A DNA stretch of 64,000 bases, taken from assembly GCA_951406725.2 (NCBI GenBank), contig OX597827.1:72416001-72480000 (forward strand), read 5' to 3'. How positions within the stretch are numbered: position 1 is the stretch's first letter; every line of letters starts with the position of its first letter. The notes beneath the pieces were generated by a model. It saw only the letters and a program-made list of their open reading frames with translations. It searched no databases and was not told where the DNA came from. Positions 38,969 to 53,635 of this stretch are shown here, piece by piece. Origin of the DNA: Octopus vulgaris (Eukaryota). A program made the position numbers and the translations under genes.

Positions 38969-39833
38969 CATCATCATCATCATTATCATCATTTAGGGCT
39001 TCCTTTCATAATAACTTTATTTCAGCTGCCTTAGTATCAGGCATCCACCTGAGCCCAAAAGTAGCAAAGGGCACTTTTGCTTTGCTATGCATGCTAAAAT
39101 AATCACTCATCAGGTACACATTTGTATGCATTCACCTTTATTTTATTTATTTTATTCAATTAAAAAAAAAAAATTGAAGGTTATCTTTGACAATTTTGGA
39201 GCATATTGAGCATATTTTGTGTGTGACTTTTAGCCCCCACCTTCTACTAGGGTCCGTATAACTCTTAAGGGTCTATATAAAATTTTGTCCTTAAAATTTA
39301 TGCACAAAAATTGGTTATATTTCGTTTTTGGATTTGGTTTGCAAGATTCTTTATATGAGTTCGTGTGTTGAAGCATATTCTGTTGTGTCTGGGGAGGGTC
39401 ATTCTCTTTTTGTGTCTTGTGGTTTAACACACTCACCGGTAAAGTTTCCACTCATTTTGTTATTTATTTTCTAAAATTTTTGTTGCGTCTTGCAACCTTT
39501 TGCAATGGTTCAATAGATCAATTATTGTGTGACCAGCACCAGCACCAACACCAGCACCGCCACCACCCAAACCACCACCACCAACAACAACAACAACAAC
39601 AACACCACTTCCACCACCATTATCACCAGCACCACCACTACCGTCAGCAGCATCATCACCACCATCAGCAGCACCAGCACCACCATCACCACCACCACCA
39701 GCACCACTGCCAGCAGCACCAGCACCACTGCCAGTAGCACTAGCACCACTGCCAGCAGCAGCACCACCTCCACCCAAACCACTACCACCACCACCACCAC
39801 CATCCCTACCACCACCACCACCACCACCACACC

Positions 39834-39864
<31 letters not shown>

Positions 39865-40619
39865 CTACCACCTCAACCACAATTATCACCAGCACCAGCA
39901 CTACCGTCAGCAGCATCACCACCACCGCCAGCAGCACCACCACCACCACTGCCAGCAGCAGCACTACCACTGCCAGCAGCACCACCACCAATGTCAGCAG
40001 CAGCACCAGCAGCACCAGCACCACCACCACCACCACTGCCAGCACCAGCACCACCACCGCCAGCAGCAGCAGTAGTGCTGTCCAAGAATTTGGACCTGGA
40101 GATCTCCATTTCCAGCGACTTCGAGGGCCACCTCTCAACGGTGTCGGGCGTCAACGAAGAGCCCTCGACTACAACAAGACAACCAAAGTTTTTTTTTTTC
40201 CCAAGGTCTGGGGTCTCCTGGCCCCTAAGCCCTGGACCATCACCTAATCACCCTTACCCGTCTTGTTGCTTAACAACAACAAAAGCAACAGCAGCAGCAG
40301 CAGCAGCAGAAGTAGCAGCAGCACCAGCACCACAACCACCACCTTATCTCAACTACCACCTAACCACAGCTAGCACCACCATCAAAGTACGGTAGTTTCG
40401 TAGGCATGGGGTGGGGAGATCAGAGCAGCAAAGTCATAGTAGGGTGGTTGTTTGATAGTAGAGTGATAGAGCAGTAGTATAGTAATAGGTTAGTAGAATA
40501 GTGCAGTATTGGTATGGCAGTGCAGTGGTATCATGGTGTGATGGTGAATGTGCTATGACAGAGTGGATAGTGGTAGTGGTGGTAGGGGTTATGGTGGTGG
40601 TGCAGTGAGTGGTATGAAA

Positions 40620-40789
40620 ATGCAGGAGTGGCTGTGTGGTAAGTAGCTTGCTAACCAACCACATGGTTCTGGGTTCAGTCCCACTGCATGGCATCTTGGG
40701 CAAGTGTCTTCTGCTATAGCCCTGGGCCGACCAATGCCTTGTGAGTGGATTTGGTAGATGGAAACTGAAAGAAGCCTGTCATATATATG

Positions 40790-40820
<31 letters not shown>

Positions 40821-41030
40821 GTGTGTGTGTCTGTGTTTGTCCCCCTAGCATTGCTTGACAACCGATGCTGGTGTGTTTATGTCCCCGTTACTTAGCGGTT
40901 CGGCAAAAGAGACCGATAGAATAAGTACTGGGCTTACAAAGAATAAGTCCTGGGGTCGATTTGCTCAACTAAAGGCGGTGCTCCAGCATGGCCGCAGTCA
41001 AAATGACTGAAACAAGTAAAAGAGTAAAAG
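40620..41030 (+). mobile_element. SINE family A copy
   Basis: Full-length match. Confidence 0.9.
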
Positions 41031-41189
41031 TATATAGAGTAATTATGGTGTGGCTTCCTTGTCGGCTCATAGTGAAAGCGGTATGAACAGGGTGGTTGGA
41101 GTGGGTGATGGTGGTGGAGGGGTGTGGCTATGGAGGTAGTGGTGGTGGTGGTGGAGGTGGTGGGGAGTAGGAGCAGTTATAAGGAAAGG

Positions 41190-41635
41190 ATTATGATGAT
41201 GAGAATAGCATCCAGAATGTTGTTGATGATGACGGTGATGATGGTGATGATGATGATGATGATAGTGGTGACAAGGAAGATGACAATGTTGATGATGATG
41301 ATGATGACAACGACGACGAAGATGATGATAAGGACATTGAGGATGATGATGATGACGACAATGTTGATGATGATGATAATGATGATGATGATGATAATGA
41401 TAATGATGATGATGATGATGAAGCCGATGATGATGATGATGATGATGATGATGACAACAATGTTGATGATGATGATGACGATGAAGAAGATGATGATGAC
41501 ATTGATGACGACAACAATGTTGATGATGATGATGATAATGATAATGATGATGATGATGATGATGATGATGACGACAATGTTGATGATGATGATAATGATG
41601 ATGATGATGATAATGATAATGATGATGATGAAGCC

Positions 41636-41667
<32 letters not shown>

Positions 41668-43595
41668 CAACAATGTTGATGATGATGATGACGATGAAGA
41701 AGATGATGATGACATTGATGACGACAACAATGTTGATGATGATGATGATAATGATAATGATAATGATGATGATGATGATGATGATGATGACGACAATGTT
41801 GATGATGATGATGAAGATGATGATGATGATGAAGATGATGATGAAGACGATGATGATGACATTGATGATGACGACAATGTTGATGATGATGATGATAATG
41901 ATAATGATGATGATGATGATGATGATGACGACAATGTTGATGATGATGATGAAGATGATGATGATGAAGAGGATGAAGATGATGATGACAATGTTGATGA
42001 TGATGATAAAGATGATGATGAAGACGATGATAATGATGAAGATGATGATGACAATCTTACCACTAAAACTAATTAACCACAGACATTTTAGGTTAAGAAC
42101 ACTTTAAACTAATATTGTCTTTAGTAGCAGAGACAGTCATCATTGTGGCTGTAGTGGTGGTGGTGGTGGTGTTGTAGTAGTGGTAGCAGTGGCCTTGTGG
42201 GGGATAGTATTGTAGCAGTGTTGTTGCAGTGGTGGTTGTGTTGCTGTTGTGGCGGTGGTGGTGGTGGTGGTGGTGGTGGTGGTGGTGGTAGAGTTGCTGT
42301 TGCAGTGGTGGTGCTAGTGTTGTAGTAATGGTGGTAGTGGTGCTGTTGTAGTTGTAAGTGCAATGTTGTAGTATTGGAGGACGAGGTGGTGGTGGTAGTG
42401 GTGGTGGTACTGATGGTGTTGTAGCCATGTTGGGCCCTGTTGAGTGGTGGTGGTGATGGTGGTGATGGTGGCGATGGTGGTGATGGTGGTAGTGGTGCAC
42501 CTTGTGATTGTTCTTTTCATTTTTGCCCTTTTTTTAAACCCTAGGTTGTTGGGGATCAAACAGACTTCTGATCAAAAGGCAATCCTACCATGACCACCTC
42601 GTACTTTAATCAGGAAGTATATAACCCAGATCAGCTTGTTCAATCTGTCCTTCTTTAAGACAGTTGGGTGTAATTTGTGGGTGATTAAGCTGTTATGTTT
42701 TGCAGGTCGAGTGATTTACGTAGAGGGCTCCTCATTGGCTCATGACTATTGTGATAATTTTGATGTTGTTGTTGTTGCTGTTTGGATGATGTCTGTCTGT
42801 CAGGCAGAAGCAGATTGTGCAACGTGGAAGTGCGTGCGGAAAGAAAGCAGATCATAGCCATCATCACCATCATCATCGTTATCATCATTCATCATTTTCT
42901 ACATCATAATCTTCCCCTTCCTCTTCCCCTTCCTCTTCCCCTTCCTCCTCCTCAACGTCATCATCATCATTGTCATCATTGCCATCAACATCATCATGCT
43001 CATCATCATCATCATCGTTGTCATCACCATCATCATCATCATCATCATCATCATAATCGTCATCGTCATCATCATCATCATCAACATCATCATCATTGTC
43101 ATCACCATCATCATCGTTGTCATCACCATCATCATCGTTGTCATCAGCATCACCATCGTCATCATTATCATCATCATCATCATCGTCATCGTCATCATCA
43201 TCATCATCATCATCAACATCATCATCGTTGTCATCACAATCATCATCGTTGTCATCAGCATCACCATCGTCATTGTCTGAAGTTTTGTCAGGGCAGGGAG
43301 CCAGTCAACTTAATTGACCCTGGTCCTCACCTGGCACTCTACTCATCGCCCCTCCCCTCCAAAAAAAGAACGAATAGCAAAGCCAGAAGAAATGCCTCTA
43401 AGCATTTTGTCTGGCAACCTATATTAATAATGATGATGACGACGATGACAATGTCGATCATGATGATGATGAAGATGATGATGATGTTGATGAAAATGAT
43501 GAAGATAATTATGATGATGATGATGATAATGAAGACGATGACGACAACGATGACAATGACGATGATGATGATGATGATGAAGATGATAATGATGT

Positions 43596-43647
<52 letters not shown>

Positions 43648-43678
43648 GATGATGATGATGATGATGATGATGATGATA

Positions 43679-43722
<44 letters not shown>

Positions 43723-43724
43723 AA

Positions 43725-43810
<86 letters not shown>

Positions 43811-43820
43811 AATGATGATA

Positions 43821-43852
<32 letters not shown>

Positions 43853-43925
43853 AATGAAGACGATGACGACAACGATGACAATGACGATGATGATGATGAT
43901 GATGAAGATGATGATGAAGATGATA

Positions 43926-43960
<35 letters not shown>

Positions 43961-44105
43961 GATGATGATGATGATGATGATGATGATGATAATGATGATG
44001 ATGATGATGATGATGATAATGAAGACGATGACGACAACGATGACAACGACGACGATGATGATGATGATGAAGATGATTATGATGATGGAGATGATGATGA
44101 TGAGC
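41190..44105. repeat. Large (GAT)n / (CAT)n / (GGT)n compound microsatellite block
   Basis: (GAT)n at 41190-42055 and 43430-44105, (GGT)n at 42140-42500, (CAT)n at 42860-43275. Similar trinucleotide blocks at 1310-1720, 14860-15790, 20630-20920 and 39535-40075. Confidence 0.95.
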
Positions 44106-45329
44106 ATGTTGCATACAATGCCCAGGAATGGAATTAAAGAGGGAGACACAGAACACCCCACCTACCGTCCGCAAAACAGCAAGGCAAATAAAGAAAGACA
44201 TGAATGAAAACTAAAAATACTCTGTTTAATCCTTAATTAATCCCCCAAAAAATTAAAAAAGAAAAATCTTTTGGCAATCGTTAGTTTATGGTTTGGTTAT
44301 ATATTACAACTTGTGAACAACTTTCCAAGTGAATAAAATCCTTTCTTTTTCTCCTTTTTTTCTGTCAGTTGAGATGTAACTAAAAGAAAAATTAACACAA
44401 TTTAGACCAGGGGTTCTGAACTTGGGTCCATAGGGCTTCTGAGGGTCCATATAAGATTTTTGGAGTCACTTGAAAAATATTGCTTTCGATGTATGTATTG
44501 CAAGAATCAGCCAGGTTTCTTTCTTTAAAATTTTACATAATTCAACCTATAGAAGCTTCTATAAAACTAGTTTTAAAACATTGAATGGCTATGAGAGGTC
44601 CAGCAGAATAAAACAGTAACCAAGGGGCTCCGTCATCATCATCATCATCATCGTCATCGTTTAACAACTGCTTTCCATGCTAGCATGGGTTGGACGATTT
44701 GACTGAGGACTGGCGAACCAGATGGCTGCACCAGGCTCCAATCTTGACCTGGCAGAGTTTCTACAGCTGGATGCCCTTCCTAACGCCAATCACTCTGAGA
44801 GTGTAGTGGGTGCTTTTACATGCCACTGGCATGAGGGCCAGTCAGGCAGTACTGGCAACGGCCATGCCCAAATGGTGTTTTTTTTATATGCCACCTGCAC
44901 ACCGGCACAAGTGCCAGTAAGGCGACACTGGTAACGATCACGCTCGAATGGTGCTTTTTACGTGCCACTGGCATGGAAGCAAGTTTGCTGCTCTGGTAAC
45001 GATCACGCTCGGATGGTGCTCTTAGTGCTCCACTAGCACGAATGTGGAGAACCCCTGTTTTAGAAGTATGTATCGGTATGTATTGTAAGAAACAGCTAGG
45101 CTTCCTTCTCTAGCATTTTACATAGTTCAACCTACACATGCTAAAAGGTGAATAGCAAAAGAGTTGAAAGAATAGCAAAATTTTGATCAAAGTTTCTATA
45201 AAACTAGCTTTTAAGCGTTGACTGGTTATGAGGGTCCTCTAGAATAAAATAGTAATCTAAGGGTTTCAGAGATGAAAAATGGTTGAGAATCCCTATTTTA
45301 GATAAATGTATTAGTATAGCATTTTACAT

Positions 45330-46099
45330 AGGCATAGGAGTAGTTGTGTGGTAAGTAGCTTGCTTACGAACCACACGGTTCTGGGTTCAGTTCCACTGCG
45401 TGGCATCTTGGGCAAGTGTCTTCTACTATAGCCTCGGGCTGACCAAAGCCTTGTGAGTGGATTTGGTAGATGGAAACTGAAAGAAGCCCATTGTATATAT
45501 GTATGTGTGTGTGTATGTGTTTGTGTGTCTCTGTGTCTCTGTGTGTTCCCCAACATCGCTTGACGACTGATGCTGGTGTGTTTACGTCCCCGTAACTTAG
45601 CGGTTCAGCAAAAGAGATCGATAGAATAAGTACTAGGCTTCTAAACAATAAGTCCTGGGGTCGATTTGCTCGACTAAAGGCGGTGCTCCAGCATGGCCAC
45701 AGCCACATGACTGAAACAAGTAAAAGAGTAAAAGAATATAGTTCAATCTAAACAAGTTGATGTGTGGGAAACAAAAAAGGGATTTTGAAAGAAGGTTCTA
45801 TAAAACTAGTTTTTAAGCATGAAATAGCTAAGGGGTCCATGAGAATGAAATAGTAATGAAGAGGGTCTCTCCCTTTACTCTTTTACTCTTTTACTTGTTT
45901 CAGTTATTTGACTGCGGCCATGCTGGAGCACCGCCTTTAATCGAGCAACTCGATCCCGGGACTTATTCTTTTGTAAGCCCAGTACTTATTCTATCGGTCT
46001 CTTTTGCCGAACTGCCAAGTAACGGGGACATAAACACACCAGCATCGGTTGTCAAGCAATGCCAGGGGGACAAACACAGACACACAAACACTCACACGC

Positions 46100-46130
<31 letters not shown>

Positions 46131-47200
46131 TACGACGGGCTTCTTTCAGTTTCCGTCTACCAAATCCACTCACAAGGCTTTGGTCGGCCCGAGGCTATAG
46201 TAGAAGACACTTGCCCAAGGTGCCACGCAGTGGGATTGAACCCGGAACCATGTGGTTGGTAACAAGCTACTTACCACACAGCCACTCCTGCGCCTGTAGA
46301 TAAAAAAAAAATGGTTGGGAATCCCAGACATAGAAGAACCTCAAAAATGCATTTATGTTGGCATGTAAGAGACATATTGGTACAAATATAAAAAATACAT
46401 TCTTTTATTTTTTTTTCTTCCTGTTTCAGTCATTTGACTGCAGCCATGCTGTAGCACTGCCTTAAAGGGGTTTTTAGTTGAAGGAATTGACCCCAGGGCT
46501 TATTCTTTGTAAGCGTAGTACTAATTCTATCAATCTCTTTTGCTGGACCACTAAGTTATGGGGATGTAAATACACCAAGATCGGTCACTAAGCGATAGTG
46601 GATGAACAAACACTGACACAAAGACACACACATATAAACACACACACACACATATATATGAGGGGCTTCTTTCAGTTTCCATCTACCAAACCCACTCACA
46701 AGGCTTTGGTCTGCCCAAGGCTATAGTTGAAGTCACTTGCCCAAGGTGCCACGAGGTAGGATTGAACCGAAATTCTATATGTTACTTTTCATGTAACTAT
46801 GTGGTATTTTAAAAATTCTTTTACTTGTTTTAATCATTGAACTGTGGCCATGCTGGGGCACTGTGTCAATCGGTTTAGTCAAACAGACCAACCCCAATAC
46901 TTATTTCTATGTCTGGTAATTATCCTACTGCTCACTTAGGGATGTAAACACACCAACACTGGTTGTCCATATATCTATGCACGTGTGTGTGTGTGTATGT
47001 ACATGTATGTATATGTATGTATATGTATATGTACACATATACATATATGATGGGCTTCTACAAATTTCCAGCTACAAAATTCACTTATAAGGGATAGAGC
47101 TGTCTAGGGCCACAGTAGAAGAAGTTGGCCCAAGATGCTGTGTAGTGGGACTGAACCTGAAATCAAGGGGTTGTGAGGCAAACTTCTTCCCATGCCTGCA
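45330..47200. mobile_element. SINE family A cluster
   Basis: 45330-45735 (+), 45872-46295 (-), and older copies at 46420-46770 (-) and 46820-47200 (-). Confidence 0.85.
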
Positions 47201-47255
47201 AACTGTGTGGTTGAAATAATTCATTAAAAAAATTTTAAATGTTACATTTAATGAG

Positions 47256-47256
<1 letters not shown>

Positions 47257-47287
<31 letters not shown>

Positions 47288-47805
47288 TTAGCATCCGCTT
47301 TCCCTGCTGGCATGGGTTGGACGGTTCAACTGGGGTCTAGGATGCCAGAAGGCTGCACCAGGCCCAGTCTGATTTGGCAGTGTTTCTACGGCTGGATGCC
47401 CTTCCTAACGCCAACCACTCCGTGAGTGTAGTGGGTCCTTTTTACGTGTCACTGGCACAGGTGCCAGACGGGGCTGGCAAACAAATGGCCACAGTCGAAT
47501 GGTGCTTTTTATGTGCCACCGGTACGGGGGCCAGGCAAGGCTGGCAATGGCCACGATCGGATGGTGCTTTTTACGTGCCACTGGCACAGGGGCCAGGCAA
47601 GGCTGGCAATGGCCACGATCGGATGGTGCTTTTTACGTGCCACTGGCACAGGGGCCAGGCAAGGCTGGCAACGGCCACGATCAGATGGTGCTTTTTACGT
47701 GTTACCGGCACGGGGGCCAGGCGAGGCTGGCAACGGCCACGATCGGATGGTGCTTTTTACGTGCCACCGGCACGGGGGCCAGGCGAGGCTGGCAACGGCC
47801 ACAAT
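47257..47805 (-). mobile_element. RTE 3'-UTR copy with about five internal 62-bp tandem units
   Basis: ccacgat recurs at 47551, 47613, 47675 and 47737. Confidence 0.85.
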
Positions 47806-48301
47806 GATGTACATTAAATGTGCATGAGGTTGCTATGTTTAAGCTTTGTAATTAACACTCAGAGTTGTTGCTATTGTTGTTGGTTTTTTTTGTTGTTGTT
47901 GTTTAGCCCCAGGTTTGTCCTGATAGAGTAGATAGGACCGTCTTAAGGCATTCACCAGATACCTCAGGGCCCTGTGCGTCTAGGGCCCCAAATTTGATCT
48001 AAGTATGTCGTAGCTTGCTGCTAACCATTTAGCATCTAAACTGCCCATGTTTGGCCCAAATATGCTCAAACTATCCAGATCTGGCCTCTCACACTTACCC
48101 TACCATGCTACTGTAAAAATAAATGATCACATCATCAAAATCTCAAAGCTTCGAGATAATGCACGATTAATTCAAAACCTTACATTTGACAGAAGAATCT
48201 GAATGTTAAAAGGTTAATAAATGAAACTTAGGGTCCAGTGCATTCATTTGCCCAGGGTCCTACTATGTTGTAAAGGTGATTCTTTGAGAATAGACTGAAG
48301 A

Positions 48302-49036
48302 TTAACCCTTTCGATACTAACCCATCTGAAACCAGTTCTGGCTCTGAATAGAAATGCCTTGTTTTCATAAGTTTTGAATTAAAATATTCCACCAAACCTT
48401 AATCACAATTTATGTTCCTAACACTAGCTGAATGATAACTAAGTTATTTCACTAAATTCTTTGTTATATTTAAAATTAATTGAAAGAAACACAGAGCATC
48501 TCAACAGAAATAGGGTAACAAAAGGGTTAAAATATATAATAGAGAAACAATTCTTAACCCTTTTGATACCAACCCAGCTGAAACCACCTCTGGCTCTGTA
48601 GTACAAATGTCTTGTTTTCATAAGTTTTGAATTAAAATCTTCCACCAAACCTTAGTCACAATTTATGTTCCTAACACTAGCTGAATGATAACTAAGTTAT
48701 TTTACTAAATTCTTTGTTATATTTAAAATTAATTGAAAGAAACACGGAGTACCTCAAAATAAATACAGTAATAAAAGGGTTGAAATATATAATAGAGAAA
48801 CAATTCTTAACCCTTTTGATACCAACCTGGCTAAAACCGGTTCTGGCTCTGTAGTACAAATGTCTTGTTTCCATAAGTTCTGAATTAAAATCTTCCACGA
48901 AGCCTTAATCACAATTTATGTTCCTAACACCAGCTTAATGATAACTAAATTATTTTACTAAATTCTTTCTCATATTTAAAATTAATTGAAAGAAACACAG
49001 AGCATCTCAACAGAAATACAGTAACGAAAGGGTTAA
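48302..49036. mobile_element. piggyBac-type MITE tandem trimer
   Basis: Same unit and same spacer as 7700-8181. Confidence 0.85.
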
Positions 49037-51329
49037 AGGCAGTTTAGTTTTGACCATCATGTCTAAATTTATGTCCCCTACTATGTTATCTGTGGAGGTA
49101 CATGGCTTAGTGGTTAGAGTGTTGGACTCATGATCGTAAGAGTGTGGTTTCAATTCCTGGACCGGGCAGTGCATTGTGTTCTGAACAAAACACTTCATTT
49201 CACACTGTCCCAGTCCACTCAGCTGTCAAAAACGAGTAATCCTGTGATGGATTGGAGTCCTGTCCTGTTGTGGAATTTATACGCCACTGAAACCGGGAAA
49301 CTGGCCCTTATGAGCCTGGCATGGCTTGAAAAGGAAACATTTCTTCTTCTTTTACTGTGTTATCTAACATGTTTTTTTTAAAGATTGTATGACATGATTT
49401 GAGAGACATTTGGCTGCTATTTCTCACAGGCTGGATGACACCATTGAGGTCTTTCTGCTTGTTTAGTCCTAAAACAGCTCTGTCAAGCAGACCTACAAAT
49501 GGAGACATTCTAGCAGTGACCACCCTGTCTAAATAGATAGTCTACATTAATTCAATGTCCTTCCCTTTTAAAAATATTATAAGTCATTTGAGGTAGATTT
49601 AGCTGCTTTTTCTAAAAACCTTAAGTTAACACCAATCCAGTAAACCTATGATTAAAATATTCTTTCCATGACAATCCTGTCCTTGAGGGAGATTTGACTG
49701 CTATTTCTAATAGGTTGACTGGACACATTTAGGCTTCCTTGTTAATTGGTGTTGTTTAGCCCCGGGTCATATCAGATCAAGCAGAATATGGATTAAGGGT
49801 ATTCCAGCAACGACCATCTCATCTCTTAATCAGTGTAAGATATAATTTGAGAGAGATTTGGTTGGCTGTTATTTCTAGCAGCCAAATCAGCTGCATTAGG
49901 ATATCTTATTCATTTACAAGTTTCCTTGTTTTGCTTCGTTTAACCCCAGGCCAACTCTGATCAGGCATGCCTATGACCATCTCGTCTTTTTCGGATGTGC
50001 ATGGAACCCCAGGACTGTTTTATCCAATGTGCTCTTTTGTAGGAGGATAGGAGGGGATTTGAGAGAGATTTGGCTGCTATTTTTAGTAAATCAAGTGACC
50101 ATATATAAGCCCCTTCATTAATTTATAAACTATTTTATCTTTTATTTCAGCCTTGAAGAATTTTAGTTGAATGAATCAACCCCAGTGCTAATTTTTTTTT
50201 AAAGCCTGGTACTTATTTTATTGGTCGTTTTTGCTGAACTGCTAAGTTACAGGGATGTAAATACACCAACACCAGATGTCAGGCAGTGGAAGGGGACAAG
50301 CACACACACACATGCATGCCAAATCTACTAATAAGGCTTTGGTTGGTCTGAGGCTATTGTAGAAGGCACTTGCTCATAGTTCCACACATTAGGATTGAAC
50401 CTAGAACCATATGGTTGGGAAACAAACTTGTTACCACACGGCCACGCCTGTGCCTCTAAACAATGTGAAATGAAGTCACTTGCTCAAGAACACAATGTAC
50501 CGCCCAGTCTGGGAATTGAACCCGTTATCTAGTGATCACGAGTACAACACCCTAACCACTAAGCCACATGCTATCTTGAGATGATGGGCTGTGCTATAGC
50601 TGCAGGTGGTCACCTTGGATAGAGCAGACGAAGGTTCTAACCCTGGATATCCTGTCAAATTCTTTTTGTAGAAGGAAATGAAAAAAAGGGGGGCTTTCTG
50701 GCCAAGTATATCTAGGACTATATTATCCAACGTGCCTTTCTTTGTTTGAAGACAGTACAGTTTCAGTTGAGGGATAACATAGCTGCTATTTCTTGCAAAC
50801 CAAGTGGTTGCATGGAAACTTCCTTGAGTTTGGTTGTGAGGGCCTCGACGGTGGAGACAGTGGTGGTGGTGGTGGTAGTGGTGGTGGTGGTGGTGGTGGT
50901 GGTGGTAGTGGTGGTGGTGGCGGGTGGTAATGGCTGTAGTTGGATTGTGGTCGATGGTGATAGCAGTGAGGGGAGGGAGCGGGGTCTGCTCGCCCTCCCC
51001 ACCCTGTCTACCAACCATCCGTTTTGTTTTGAAAAAATCCCCTTTTTTTTTTTTCTTAAAAGAACAAAAAAAAAAAAATGTTACCAACTGACCTGGGTTG
51101 TAGGTTTTCACATGGACAGGCCCCCGGTTGGTTGCCGTGGTTGTTGAGAGAAACGTCCAGCAGCAGCAGTAGCAGTCGTCGTCGTCGTAGTGGCAGCAGC
51201 AGCATCAGCAGGTGAGGCTGACCACCAGTCGTGGACAGTTGATGGATGCAACATCAAACAACAGCGAGACCAGGCATGAAACAACCTGGCTCTTTCTTCC
51301 GTTTCCAGTTTCTTCATTGATTTGTTGTT

Positions 51330-51333
51330 GTTG

Positions 51334-51365
<32 letters not shown>

Positions 51366-52790
51366 GATTGGGTGGGTGTGGGTTGTTTGTGATGGAGGTA
51401 TTGGTGGTGGTGTTGGTGATGGTGTTGGTGATGGTGTTGGTGATTGGTTGGTTGTGGGTTGTTGGTGGTGATTGAGGTATTGGTGGTGGTGGTGGTGATT
51501 GGGTGGGTGTGGGTTGGTGGTGGTGATTGAGGTATTGGTGGTGGTGGTGGTGATTGGGTGGGTGTGGGTTGGTGGTGGTGATTGAGGTATTGGTGGTGGT
51601 GGTGATGGTGGTGGTGGTGATTGGGTGGGTGTGGGTTGATGGTGGTGGTGGAGGTATTGGTGTTGGTGTTGGTGATGGTGGTGGTGGTGGTGATTGGGTG
51701 GGTGTGGGTTGGTGGTGGTGATTGAGGTATTGGTGGTGGTGGTGATGGTGGTGGTGGTGATGGTGGTGGTGGTGATGGTGGTGGTGGTGATTGGGTGGGT
51801 GTGGGTTGATGGTGGTGGTGGAGGTATTGGTGTTGGTGTTGGTGTTGGTGATGGTGGTGGTGGTGGTGATTGGGTGGGTGTGGGTTGTTTGTGATGGAAG
51901 TATTGGTGGTGGTGGTGGTGATGGTGGTGGTGATTGGGTGGGTGTGGGTTGTTGGTGGTGATTGAGGTATTGGTGGTGGTGTGGTGGTGGGGTTGGTAGT
52001 GGTAGTGGTAGTGGTGGTGGTGGTGGGGATTGGGAGGGCGTTGATGAAGCTGTTGTTGGCGCTGTTGTGGTTGTTGGTGGCGGAGGTGGTGGTGATGTTG
52101 GTGATGGCGGTGGTAGTGGTGGTGATTGGGTGGGTGTGGGTTGTTTGTGGTGATGGTGGTATTGGTGGTGGTGGTGGTAGTGGTGATGGCGGTATTGGTG
52201 GTGGTGGTGGTGGTAGTGATCGGGAGGGAGTTGATGAAGCTGTTGTCAGTGGTGTTAGAGATGGTGGTGGATCCTGGAAAGAAGTGAGGGTGGCAGTGTT
52301 GGTGGTGTTGGTGGTGGTGTTGGTGGTGGTGTTGGTGTTATTGCTGTTGTTGGAGGTGATCTCAGTGTTAATGGTAGTGGCGTTGGTGGCGATGCTGGTG
52401 GTGTGGATGGCATTGGTGATGGTGGTGTTGGTGGTGATAATGTTAGTGTTGTTATTGTTGTTGTTGTTGGTGTGGGTGGTGGTATTGATGGTTGTACTGG
52501 TGATACAGGTGGCAGTGGTGGTAGTGGTGATACAGGTGGCAGTGGTGGTAGTGGTGGTGGTGATGGAGGTGGTGGTGATGGTGGTAGTGGTGGTAGTGGT
52601 AGTTGTGGTAGTGGTGGTAGTGGTGGTGGTGGTGATGGAGGTGGTGGTGGTGGTGGTGGTAGTGGTAGTGGTGGTGGTGGTGGTGGTGGTGGTGGTGGTA
52701 GTAGTGAAAGGGATGATGGTTTGGCCGGAGTGTTGGTGGCAGTGATGGTGGTGGCGGTGGTGGTGGCGATGGCAGTCGTGGTAGGGTGTG
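51330..52790. repeat. (GGT)n-derived low-complexity array with a higher-order unit of about 55 bp
   Basis: Recurrent gattgggtgggtgtgggtt...gaggtattggtggt. Confidence 0.9.
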
Positions 52791-53635
52791 TGTATGAGTC
52801 AATTATAATCCTTTAATTACAAAATGGCAGTCACTGGAACCAAGCAATGATAACACACTAAATAAACAATAAGCAGTAAACCCAAACAAAACACACACAC
52901 ACACACACACACACACGAACACACGCACACTCATACATGCACATACATACATATGTACATATAGACATGAGATGCATGCATCATGCATACATACGCAGAG
53001 CATGTGCATACATGAACAAAGACGTGCACGAAAATGCACACACACATGCACACACACACACACACTCATGTACACACACACATACATGCACACACACACA
53101 ACATATACGCACATGCATATACACATACATGCACACACACACAACATATACGCACACACACATACATGCACACACACACAACATATACGCACATGCATAT
53201 ACACATACATGCACACACACAACATATACGCACATGCATATACACATACTCGCATGGAAATACACACATCACACATACATACACAGAACATGTACACGCA
53301 TATACAAAGACATGCACAAGAACACACACACACACACACACACAGATACATGCACACACATACATGCATATACACACACATACACATATACACACACACA
53401 AACTGATCAAGTATACACACATGCACAGATACGTACGCAAACATACATATTGATAATGTGTGTGCATGTGTTAAGATACATACACACATACACAGATATG
53501 CATATACACATACTCGCATTGAAAAACACACACCACACATACATACACAGAACATGTACACACATGTACCAAGACACACACAAAAACATACACACACATG
53601 TTGATCAAGCAAAGATGCACACACACACACAAGAG

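Noticed and set aside
41124-44207. Poly-Met, poly-Asp, poly-His and poly-Ser ORFs (also at 1287-1858, 14874-15850, 39417-40395, 51981-52816)
   Set aside because: Trinucleotide microsatellites give stop-free frames by construction, and there is no splice or homology support.
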